From Eledone cirrhosa (lineage: Eukaryota): a DNA stretch of 64,000 nt. Both the position numbers and the translations under genes were made by a program. The notes beneath the pieces were generated by a model. It worked only from the letters and a program-made list of their open reading frames with translations, did no database searches and was not told where the DNA came from. The stretch covers positions 228,594,001 through 228,658,000 of the forward strand of contig OZ024740.1 in the NCBI GenBank assembly GCA_964016885.1. The letters run 5' to 3'. How positions within the stretch are numbered: the stretch's first letter is position 1; every line of letters begins with the position of its first letter. Positions 1 to 13,651 of the stretch are shown here, piece after piece.

Positions 1-3000
1 AATAGTCATTTTAGTCATTGAACTCAATTACAGTGTACAATAGTCATTTTAGTCATTGAACAGAATTACAGTGTACAATAGTCATTTTAGTCATTGAACA
101 CAATTACAGTGTACAATAGTCATTTTAGTCATTGTACACAATTACAGTGTACAATAGTCATTTTAGTTATTGAACACAATTACAGTGTACAATAGTCATT
201 TTAGTCATTGAACACAATTACAGTGTACAATAGTCATTTTAGTCATTGAACACAATTACAGTGTACAATAGTTATTTTAGTCATTGAACACAATTACAGT
301 GTACAATAGTCATATTAGTCATTGAACACAATTACAGTGTACAATAGTCATTTTAGTCATTGAACACAATTACAGTGTACAATAGTCATTTTAATCATTG
401 AAAACAATTACAGTGTACAATAGTCATTTTAGTCATTGTACACAATTACAGTGTACAATAGTCACTTTAGTCATTGAACACAATTACAGTGTACAATACT
501 CATTTTAGTCATTGAACACAATTACAGTGTACAATAGTCATTTTAGTCATTGAACACAATTGCAGTGTACAATACTCATTTTAGTCATTCAACACAATTA
601 CAGTGTACAATAGTCATTTTAGTCATTGAACACAATTACAGTGTACAATAGTCATTTTAGTCATTGTACACAATTACAGTGTACAATAGTCATTTTAGTT
701 ATTGAACACAATTACAGTGTACAATAGTCATTTTAGTCATTGAACACAATTACAGTGTACAATAGTCATTTTAGTCATTGTACACAATTACAGTGTACAA
801 TAGTCATTTTAGTTATTGAACACAATTACAGTGTACAATAGTCATTTTATTCATTGAACACAATTACAGTGTACAATAGTCATATTAGTCATTGAAGACA
901 ATTACAGTGTACAAGAGTCATTTTAGTCATTGAACACAATTACAGTGTACAATAGTTTATATTAGTCATTGAACACAATTACAGTGTACAAGAGTCATTT
1001 TAGTCATTGAACACAATTACAGTGTACAATAGTCATTTTAGTCATTGAACACAATTGCAGTGTACAATACTCATTTTAGTCATTGAACACAATTACAGTG
1101 TACAATAGTCATTTTAGTCATTGAACACAATTACAGTGTACAATAGTCATTTTAGTCATTGTACACAATTACAGTGTACAATAGTCATTTTAGTTATTGA
1201 ACACAATTACAGTGTACAATAGTTATTTTAGTCATTGAACACAATTACAGTGTACAATAGTCATTTTAGTCATTGTACACAATTACAGTGTACAATAGTC
1301 ATTTTAGTTATTGAATACAATTACAGTGTACAATAGTCATTTTATTCATTGAACACAATTACAGTGTACAATAGTCATTTTAGTCATTGAACACAATTAC
1401 AGTGTACAATAGTCATTTTAGTCATTGAACACAATTACAGTGTACAATAGTCATTTTAGTCATTGAACACAATTACAGTGTACAATAGTCATTTTAGTCA
1501 TTGAACTCAATTACAGTGTACAATAGTCATTTTAGTCATTGAACTCAATTACAGTGTACAATAGTCATTTTAGTCATTGAACACAATTACAGTGTACAAT
1601 AGTCATTTTAGTCATTGAACAGAATTACAGTGTACAATAGTCATTTTAGTCATTGAACTCAATTACAGTGTACAATAGTCATTTTAGTCATTGAACACAA
1701 TTACAGTGTACAATAGTCATATTAGTCATTGTACACAATTACAGTGTACAATAGTCATTTTAGTCATTGAACACAATTACAGTGTACAATAGTCATTTTA
1801 GTCATTGGACACAATTACAGTGTACAATAGTCATTTTAGTCATTGAACACAACTACAGTGTACAAGAGTCATTTTAGTCATTGAACACAATTACAGTGTA
1901 CAATAGTCATTTTAGTCATTGAACACAATTACAGTATACAAGAGTCATTTTAGTCATTGAACACAATTACAGTGTACAATAGTCATATTAGTCATTGAAC
2001 ACAATTAGAGTGTACAAGAGTCATTTTAGTCATTGAACACAATTACAGTGTACAATAGTTATATTAGTCATTGAACACAATTACAGTGTACAAGAGTCAT
2101 TTTAGTCATTGAACACAATTACAGTGTACAATAGTCATTTTAGTCATTGAACACAATTACAGTGTACAATAGTCAATTTAGTCGTTGAACACAATTACAG
2201 TGTACAATAGTCATTTTAGTCATTGAACACAATTACAGTGTACAATAGTCATTTTAGTCATTGAACACAATTACAGTGTACAATAGTCATTTTAGTCATT
2301 GAACACAATTACAGTGTACAATAGTCATTTTAGTCATTGAACACAATTACAGTGTACAATAGTCATTTTAATCATTGAAAACAATTACAGTGTACAATAG
2401 TCATTTTAGTCATTGTACACAATTACAGTGTACAATAGTCACTTTAGTCATTGAACACAATTAGAGTGTACAATACTCATTTTAGTCATTGAACACAATT
2501 ACAGTGTACAATAGTCATTTTAGTCATTGAACACAACTACAGTGTACAAGAGTCATTTTAGTCATTGAACACAATTACAGTGTACAATAGTCATTTTAGT
2601 CATTGAACACAATTACAGTGTACAAGAGTCATTTTAGTCATTGAACACAATTACAGTGTACAATAGTCATATTAGTCATTGAACACAATTAGAGTGTACA
2701 AGAGTCATTTTAGTCATTGAACACAATTACAGTGTACAATAGTTATATTAGTCATTGAACACAATTACAGTGTACAAGAGTCATTTTAGTCATTGAACAC
2801 AATTACAGTGTACAATAGTCATTTTAGTCATTGAACACAATTACAGTGTACAATAGTCAATTTAGTCGTTGAACACAATTACAGTGTACAATAGTCATTT
2901 TAGTCATTGAACACAATTACAGTGTACAATAGTCATTTTAGTCATTGAACACAATTACAGTGTACAATAGTCATTTTAGTCATTGAACACAATTACAGTG

Positions 3001-6000
3001 TACAATAGTCATTTTAATCATTGAACACAATTACAGTGTACAATAGTCATTTTAGTCATTGTACACAATTACAGTGTACAATAGTCATTTTAGTTATTGA
3101 ACACAATTACAGTGTACAATAGTCATTTTAGTCAATGAACACAATTATAGTGTACAATAGTCATTTTAGTTATTGAACACAATTACAGTGTACAATAGTC
3201 ATGTTAGTCATTGAAACACAATTACAGTGTTCAAGAGTCATTTTAGTCATTGAACACAATTACAGTGTACATTAGTCATTTTAGTCATTGAACACAATTA
3301 CAGTGTACAAGAGTCATTTTAGTCATTGAACACAATTACAGTGTACAAGAGTCATTTTAGTCATTGAACACAATTACAGTGTACAATAGTCATATTAGTC
3401 ATTGAACACAATTAGAGTGTACAAGAGTCATTTTAGTCATTGAACACAATTACAGTGTACAATAGTTATATTAGTCATTGAACACAATTACAGTGTACAA
3501 GAGTAATTTTAGTCATTGAACACAATTACAGTGTACAATAGTCATTTTAGTCATTGAACACAATTGCAGTGTACAATACTCATTTTAGTCATTGAACACA
3601 ATTACAGTGTACAATAGTCATTTTAGTCATTGAAGACAATTACAGTGTACAATAGTCAATTTAGTCGTTGAACACAATTACAGTGTACAATAGTCATTTT
3701 AGTCATTGAACACAATTACAGTGTACAATAGTCATTTTAGTCATTGAACACAATTACAGTGTACAATAGTCATTTTAGTCATTGAACACAATTACAGTGT
3801 ACAATAGTCATTTTAGTCATTGAACACAATTACAGTGTACAATAGTCATTTTAGTCATTGAACACAATTACAGTGTACAATAGTCATTTTAGTCATTGAA
3901 CTCAATTACAGTGTACAATAGTCATTTTAGTCATTGAACAGAATTACAGTGTACAATAGTCATTTTAGTCATTGAACACAATTACAGTGTACAATAGTCA
4001 TTTTAGTCATTGAACACAATTACAGTGTACAATAGTCATTTTAGTCATTGAACACAATTACAGTGTACAATAGTCATTTTAGTCATTGTACACAATTACA
4101 GTGTACAATAGTCATTTTAGTTATTGAACACAATTACAGTGTACAATAGTCATTTTAGTCATTGAACACAATTACAGTGTACAATAGTCATTTTAGTCAT
4201 TGTACACAATTACAGTGTACAATAGTCATTTTAGTTATTGAACACAATTACAGTGTACAATAGTCATTTTATTCATTGAACACAATTACAGTGTACAATA
4301 GTCATATTAGTCATTGAAGACAATTACAGTGTACAAGAGTCATTTTAGTCATTGAACACAATTACAGTGTACAATAGTTTATATTAGTCATTGAACACAA
4401 TTACAGTGTACAAGAGTCATTTTAGTCATTGAACACAATTACAGTGTACAATAGTCATTTTAGTCATTGAACACAATTGCAGTGTACAATACTCATTTTA
4501 GTCATTGAACACAATTACAGTGTACAATAGTCATTTTAGTCATTGAACACAATTACAGTGTACAATAGTCATTTTAGTCATTGTACACAATTACAGTGTA
4601 CAATAGTCATTTTAGTTATTAAACACAATTACAGTGTACAATAGTCATTTTAGTCATTGAACACAATTACAGTGTACAATAGTCATTTTAGTCATTGTAC
4701 ACAATTACAGTGTACAATAGTCATTTTAGTTATTGAACACAATTACAGTGTACAATAGTCATTTTATTCATTGAACACAATTACAGTGTACAAGAGTCAT
4801 TTTAGTCATTGAACACAATTACAGTGTACAATAGTTTATATTAGTCATTGAACACAATTACAGTGTACAAGAGTCATTTTAGTCATTGAACACAATTACA
4901 GTGTACAATAGTCATTTTAGTCATTGAACACAATTGCAGTGTACAATACTCATTTTAGTCATTGAACACAATTACAGTGTACAATAGTCATTTTAGTCAT
5001 TGAACACAATTACAGTGTACAATAGTCATTTTAGTCATTGTACACAATTACAGTGTACAATAGTCATTTTAGTTATTAAACACAATTACAGTGTACAATA
5101 GTCATTTTAGTCATTGAACACAATTACAGTGTACAATAGTCATTTTAGTCATTGTACACAATTACAGTGTACAATAGTCATTTTAGTTATTGAACACAAT
5201 TACAGTGTACAATAGTCATTTTATTCATTGAACACAATTACAGTGTACAATAGTCATTTTAGTCATTGAACACAATTACAGTGTACAATAGTCATTTTAG
5301 TCATTGAACACAATTACAGTGTACAATAGTCATTTTAGTCATTGAACACAATTACAGTGTACAATAGTCATTTTAGTCATTGAACTCAATTACTGTGTAC
5401 AATAGTCATTTTAGTCATTGAACTCAATTACAGTGTACAATAGTCATTTTAGTCATTGAACACAATTACAGTGTACAATAGTCATTTTAGTCATTGAACA
5501 GAATTACAGTGTACAATAGTCATTTTAGTCATTGAACTCAATTACAGTGTACAATAGTCATTTTAGTCATTGAACACAATTACAGTGTACAATAGTCATA
5601 TTAGTCATTGTACACAATTACAGTGTACAATAGTCATTTTAGTCATTGAACACAATTACAGTGTACAATAGTCATTTTAGTCATTGAACACAATTACAGT
5701 GTACAATAGTCATTTTAGTCATTGAACACAATTACAGTGTACAAGAGTCATTTTAGTCATTGAACACAATTACAGTGTACAATAGTCATTTTAGTCATTG
5801 AACACAATTACAGTGTACAAGAGTCATTTTAGTCATTGAACACAATTACAGTGTACAATAGTCATATTAGTCATTGAACACAATTAGAGTGTACAAGAGT
5901 CATTTTAGTCATTGAACACAATTACAGTGTACAATAGTTATATTAGTCATTGAACACAATTACAGTGTACAAGAGTCATTTTAGTCATTGAACACAATTA

Positions 6001-9000
6001 CAGTGTACAATAGCCATTTTAGTCATTGAACACAATTACAGTGTACAATAGTCAATTTAGTCGTTGAACACAATTACAGTGTACAATAGTCATTTTAGTC
6101 ATTGAACACAATTACAGTGTACAATAGTCATTTTAGTCATTGAACACAATTACAGTGTACAATAGTCATTTTAGTCATTGAACACAATTACAGTGTACAA
6201 TAGTCATTTTAGTCATTGAACACAATTACAGTGTACAATAGTCATTTTAGTCATTGAACACAATTACAGTGTACAATAGTCATTTTAGTCATTGTACACA
6301 ATTACAGTGTAAAATAGTTATTTTAGTCATTGAACACAATTACAGTGTACAATAGTCATATTAGTCATTGAACACAATTACAGTGTACAATAGTCATTTT
6401 AGTCATTGAACACAATTACAGTGTACAATAGTCATTTTAATCATTGAAAACAATTACAGTGTACAATAGTCATTTTAGTCATTGTACACAATTACAGTGT
6501 ACAATAGTCACTTTAGTCATTGAACACAATTAGAGTGTACAATACTCATTTTAGTCATTGAACACAATTACAGTGTACAATAGTCATTTTAGTCATTGAA
6601 CACAATTGCAGTGTACAATACTCATTTTAGTCATTGAACACAATTACAGTGTACAATAGTCATTTTAGTCATTGAACACAATTACAGTGTACAATAGTCA
6701 TTTTAGTCATTGTACACAATTACAGTGTACAATAGTCATTTTAGTTATTGAACACAATTACAGTGTACAATAGTCATTTTAGTCAATGAACACAATTATA
6801 GTGTACAATAGTCATTTTAGTTATTGAACACAATTACAGTGTACAATAGTCATGTTAGTCATTGAAACACAATTACAGTGTTCAAGAGTCATTTTAGTCA
6901 TTGAACACAATTACAGTGTACATTAGTCATTTTAGTCATTGAACACAATTACAGTGTACAAGAGTCATTTTAGTCATTGAACACAATTACAGTGTACAAT
7001 AGTCATTTTAGTCATTGAACACAATTACAGTGTACAATAGTCATTTTAGTCATTGAACACAATTACAGTGTACAATAGTCATTTTAGTCATTGAACTCAA
7101 TTACAGTGTACAATAGTCATTTTAGTCATTGAACAGAATTACAGTGTACAATAGTCATTTTAGTCATTGAACACAATTACAGTGTACAATAGTCATTTTA
7201 GTCATTGTACACAATTACAGTGTACAATAGTCATTTTAGTTATTGAACACAATTACAGTGTACAATAGTCATTTTAGTCATTGAACACAATTACAGTGTA
7301 CAATAGTCATTTTAGTCATTGAACACAATTACAGTGTACAATAGTTATTTTAGTCATTGAACACAATTACAGTGTACAATAGTCATATTAGTCATTGAAC
7401 ACAATTACAGTGTACAATAGTCATTTTAGTCATTGAACACAATTACAGTGTACAATAGTCATTTTAATCATTGAAAACAATTACAGTGTACAATAGTCAT
7501 TTTAGTCATTGTACACAATTACAGTGTACAATAGTCACTTTAGTCATTGAACACAATTACAGTGTACAATACTCATTTTAGTCATTGAACACAATTACAG
7601 TGTACAATAGTCATTTTAGTCATTGAACACAATTGCAGTGTACAATACTCATTTTAGTCATTCAACACAATTACAGTGTACAATAGTCATTTTAGTCATT
7701 GAACACAATTACAGTGTACAATAGTCATTTTAGTCATTGTACACAATTACAGTGTACAATAGTCATTTTAGTTATTGAACACAATTACAGTGTACAATAG
7801 TCATTTTAGTCATTGAACACAATTACAGTGTACAATAGTCATTTTAGTCATTGTACACAATTACAGTGTACAATAGTCATTTTAGTTATTGAACACAATT
7901 ACAGTGTACAATAGTCATTTTATTCATTGAACACAATTACAGTGTACAATAGTCATATTAGTCATTGAAGACAATTACAGTGTACAAGAGTCATTTTAGT
8001 CATTGAACACAATTACAGTGTACAATAGTTTATATTAGTCATTGAACACAATTACAGTGTACAAGAGTCATTTTAGTCATTGAACACAATTACAGTGTAC
8101 AATAGTCATTTTAGTCATTGAACACAATTGCAGTGTACAATACTCATTTTAGTCATTGAACACAATTACAGTGTACAATAGTCATTTTAGTCATTGAACA
8201 CAATTACAGTGTACAATAGTCATTTTAGTCATTGTACACAATTACAGTGTACAATAGTCATTTTAGTTATTGAACACAATTACAGTGTACAATAGTTATT
8301 TTAGTCATTGAACACAATTACAGTGTACAATAGTCATTTTAGTCATTGTACACAATTACAGTGTACAATAGTCATTTTAGTTATTGAATACAATTACAGT
8401 GTACAATAGTCATTTTATTCATTGAACACAATTACAGTGTACAATAGTCATTTTAGTCATTGAACACAATTACAGTGTACAATAGTCATTTTAGTCATTG
8501 AACACAATTACAGTGTACAATAGTCATTTTAGTCATTGAACACAATTACAGTGTACAATAGTCATTTTAGTCATTGAACTCAATTACAGTGTACAATAGT
8601 CATTTTAGTCATTGAACTCAATTACAGTGTACAATAGTCATTTTAGTCATTGAACACAATTACAGTGTACAATAGTCATTTTAGTCATTGAACAGAATTA
8701 CAGTGTACAATAGTCATTTTAGTCATTGAACTCAATTACAGTGTACAATAGTCATTTTAGTCATTGAACACAATTACAGTGTACAATAGTCATATTAGTC
8801 ATTGTACACAATTACAGTGTACAATAGTCATTTTAGTCATTGAACACAATTACAGTGTACAATAGTCATTTTAGTCATTGGACACAATTACAGTGTACAA
8901 TAGTCATTTTAGTCATTGAACACAACTACAGTGTACAAGAGTCATTTTAGTCATTGAACACAATTACAGTGTACAATAGTCATTTTAGTCATTGAACACA

Positions 9001-12000
9001 ATTACAGTATACAAGAGTCATTTTAGTCATTGAACACAATTACAGTGTACAATAGTCATATTAGTCATTGAACACAATTAGAGTGTACAAGAGTCATTTT
9101 AGTCATTGAACACAATTACAGTGTACAATAGTTATATTAGTCATTGAACACAATTACAGTGTACAAGAGTCATTTTAGTCATTGAACACAATTACAGTGT
9201 ACAATAGTCATTTTAGTCATTGAACACAATTACAGTGTACAATAGTCAATTTAGTCGTTGAACACAATTACAGTGTACAATAGTCATTTTAGTCATTGAA
9301 CACAATTACAGTGTACAATAGTCATTTTAGTCATTGAACACAATTACAGTGTACAATAGTCATTTTAGTCATTGAACACAATTACAGTGTACAATAGTCA
9401 TTTTAGTCATTGAACACAATTACAGTGTACAATAGTCATTTTAATCATTGAAAACAATTACAGTGTACAATAGTCATTTTAGTCATTGTACACAATTACA
9501 GTGTACAATAGTCACTTTAGTCATTGAACACAATTAGAGTGTACAATACTCATTTTAGTCATTGAACACAATTACAGTGTACAATAGTCATTTTAGTCAT
9601 TGAACACAACTACAGTGTACAAGAGTCATTTTAGTCATTGAACACAATTACAGTGTACAATAGTCATTTTAGTCATTGAACACAATTACAGTGTACAAGA
9701 GTCATTTTAGTCATTGAACACAATTACAGTGTACAATAGTCATATTAGTCATTGAACACAATTAGAGTGTACAAGAGTCATTTTAGTCATTGAACACAAT
9801 TACAGTGTACAATAGTTATATTAGTCATTGAACACAATTACAGTGTACAAGAGTCATTTTAGTCATTGAACACAATTACAGTGTACAATAGTCATTTTAG
9901 TCATTGAACACAATTACAGTGTACAATAGTCAATTTAGTCGTTGAACACAATTACAGTGTACAATAGTCATTTTAGTCATTGAACACAATTACAGTGTAC
10001 AATAGTCATTTTAGTCATTGAACACAATTACAGTGTACAATAGTCATTTTAGTCATTGAACACAATTACAGTGTACAATAGTCATTTTAATCATTGAACA
10101 CAATTACAGTGTACAATAGTCATTTTAGTCATTGTACACAATTACAGTGTACAATAGTCATTTTAGTTATTGAACACAATTACAGTGTACAATAGTCATT
10201 TTAGTCAATGAACACAATTATAGTGTACAATAGTCATTTTAGTTATTGAACACAATTACAGTGTACAATAGTCATGTTAGTCATTGAAACACAATTACAG
10301 TGTTCAAGAGTCATTTTAGTCATTGAACACAATTACAGTGTACATTAGTCATTTTAGTCATTGAACACAATTACAGTGTACAAGAGTCATTTTAGTCATT
10401 GAACACAATTACAGTGTACAAGAGTCATTTTAGTCATTGAACACAATTACAGTGTACAATAGTCATATTAGTCATTGAACACAATTAGAGTGTACAAGAG
10501 TCATTTTAGTCATTGAACACAATTACAGTGTACAATAGTTATATTAGTCATTGAACACAATTACAGTGTACAAGAGTAATTTTAGTCATTGAACACAATT
10601 ACAGTGTACAATAGTCATTTTAGTCATTGAACACAATTGCAGTGTACAATACTCATTTTAGTCATTGAACACAATTACAGTGTACAATAGTCATTTTAGT
10701 CATTGAAGACAATTACAGTGTACAATAGTCAATTTAGTCGTTGAACACAATTACAGTGTACAATAGTCATTTTAGTCATTGAACACAATTACAGTGTACA
10801 ATAGTCATTTTAGTCATTGAACACAATTACAGTGTACAATAGTCATTTTAGTCATTGAACACAATTACAGTGTACAATAGTCATTTTAGTCATTGAACAC
10901 AATTACAGTGTACAATAGTCATTTTAGTCATTGAACACAATTACAGTGTACAATAGTCATTTTAGTCATTGAACTCAATTACAGTGTACAATAGTCATTT
11001 TAGTCATTGAACAGAATTACAGTGTACAATAGTCATTTTAGTCATTGAACACAATTACAGTGTACAATAGTCATTTTAGTCATTGAACACAATTACAGTG
11101 TACAATAGTCATTTTAGTCATTGAACACAATTACAGTGTACAATAGTCATTTTAGTCATTGTACACAATTACAGTGTACAATAGTCATTTTAGTTATTGA
11201 ACACAATTACAGTGTACAATAGTCATTTTAGTCATTGAACACAATTACAGTGTACAATAGTCATTTTAGTCATTGTACACAATTACAGTGTACAATAGTC
11301 ATTTTAGTTATTGAACACAATTACAGTGTACAATAGTCATTTTATTCATTGAACACAATTACAGTGTACAATAGTCATATTAGTCATTGAAGACAATTAC
11401 AGTGTACAAGAGTCATTTTAGTCATTGAACACAATTACAGTGTACAATAGTTTATATTAGTCATTGAACACAATTACAGTGTACAAGAGTCATTTTAGTC
11501 ATTGAACACAATTACAGTGTACAATAGTCATTTTAGTCATTGAACACAATTGCAGTGTACAATACTCATTTTAGTCATTGAACACAATTACAGTGTACAA
11601 TAGTCATTTTAGTCATTGAACACAATTACAGTGTACAATAGTCATTTTAGTCATTGTACACAATTACAGTGTACAATAGTCATTTTAGTTATTAAACACA
11701 ATTACAGTGTACAATAGTCATTTTAGTCATTGAACACAATTACAGTGTACAATAGTCATTTTAGTCATTGTACACAATTACAGTGTACAATAGTCATTTT
11801 AGTTATTGAACACAATTACAGTGTACAATAGTCATTTTATTCATTGAACACAATTACAGTGTACAATAGTCATTTTAGTCATTGAACACAATTACAGTGT
11901 ACAATAGTCATTTTAGTCATTGAACACAATTACAGTGTACAATAGTCATTTTAGTCATTGAACACAATTACAGTGTACAATAGTCATTTTAGTCATTGAA

Positions 12001-13651
12001 CTCAATTACTGTGTACAATAGTCATTTTAGTCATTGAACTCAATTACAGTGTACAATAGTCATTTTAGTCATTGAACACAATTACAGTGTACAATAGTCA
12101 TTTTAGTCATTGAACAGAATTACAGTGTACAATAGTCATTTTAGTCATTGAACTCAATTACAGTGTACAATAGTCATTTTAGTCATTGAACACAATTACA
12201 GTGTACAATAGTCATATTAGTCATTGTACACAATTACAGTGTACAATAGTCATTTTAGTCATTGAACACAATTACAGTGTACAATAGTCATTTTAGTCAT
12301 TGAACACAATTACAGTGTACAATAGTCATTTTAGTCATTGAACACAATTACAGTGTACAAGAGTCATTTTAGTCATTGAACACAATTACAGTGTACAATA
12401 GTCATTTTAGTCATTGAACACAATTACAGTGTACAAGAGTCATTTTAGTCATTGAACACAATTACAGTGTACAATAGTCATATTAGTCATTGAACACAAT
12501 TAGAGTGTACAAGAGTCATTTTAGTCATTGAACACAATTACAGTGTACAATAGTTATATTAGTCATTGAACACAATTACAGTGTACAAGAGTCATTTTAG
12601 TCATTGAACACAATTACAGTGTACAATAGCCATTTTAGTCATTGAACACAATTACAGTGTACAATAGTCAATTTAGTCGTTGAACACAATTACAGTGTAC
12701 AATAGTCATTTTAGTCATTGAACACAATTACAGTGTACAATAGTCATTTTAGTCATTGAACACAATTACAGTGTACAATAGTCATTTTAGTCATTGAACA
12801 CAATTACAGTGTACAATAGTCATTTTAGTCATTGAACACAATTACAGTGTACAATAGTCATTTTAGTCATTGAACACAATTACAGTGTACAATAGTCATT
12901 TTAGTCATTGTACACAATTACAGTGTAAAATAGTTATTTTAGTCATTGAACACAATTACAGTGTACAATAGTCATATTAGTCATTGAACACAATTACAGT
13001 GTACAATAGTCATTTTAGTCATTGAACACAATTACAGTGTACAATAGTCATTTTAATCATTGAAAACAATTACAGTGTACAATAGTCATTTTAGTCATTG
13101 TACACAATTACAGTGTACAATAGTCACTTTAGTCATTGAACACAATTAGAGTGTACAATACTCATTTTAGTCATTGAACACAATTACAGTGTACAATAGT
13201 CATTTTAGTCATTGAACACAATTGCAGTGTACAATACTCATTTTAGTCATTGAACACAATTACAGTGTACAATAGTCATTTTAGTCATTGAACACAATTA
13301 CAGTGTACAATAGTCATTTTAGTCATTGTACACAATTACAGTGTACAATAGTCATTTTAGTTATTGAACACAATTACAGTGTACAATAGTCATTTTAGTC
13401 AATGAACACAATTATAGTGTACAATAGTCATTTTAGTTATTGAACACAATTACAGTGTACAATAGTCATGTTAGTCATTGAAACACAATTACAGTGTTCA
13501 AGAGTCATTTTAGTCATTGAACACAATTACAGTGTACATTAGTCATTTTAGTCATTGAACACAATTACAGTGTACAAGAGTCATTTTAGTCATTGAACAC
13601 AATTACAGTGTACAATAGTCATTTTAGTCATTGAACACAATTACAGTGTAC
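1..13651 (+). repeat. ~7-kb higher-order tandem duplication (copy 1 = 1-7073, copy 2 = 7074-~13651)
   Basis: Rare variants recur in the same order at offset 7073 (186 monomers + 5 single-base insertions): GAACTC/GAACAG at 1 and 7074, ACAGTATACA at 1931 and 9004. The offset falls to 6616 downstream (TACTGTGTAC at 5391/12007; ATTAG-start monomer at 6922/13538) because copy 2 lacks a 457-bp internal duplication. Confidence 0.9.
4335..5248 (+). repeat. 457-bp (12-monomer) direct tandem duplication nested in the first 7-kb unit
   Basis: Units 4335-4791 and 4792-5248 share the ordered variants AGTTTATATT (+1), TTGCAG/ATACTC, TTATTAAACAC (AAACAC at 4621/5078) and TTTATTCATT. Confidence 0.88.

Noticed and set aside
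19-39. Steroid-response element or LexA-type operator (TGAACA...TGTACA)
   Set aside because: The half-site spacing (9 bp) does not fit the 3-bp GRE spacing or the GAAC-N4-GTTC box, and there is no gene context.
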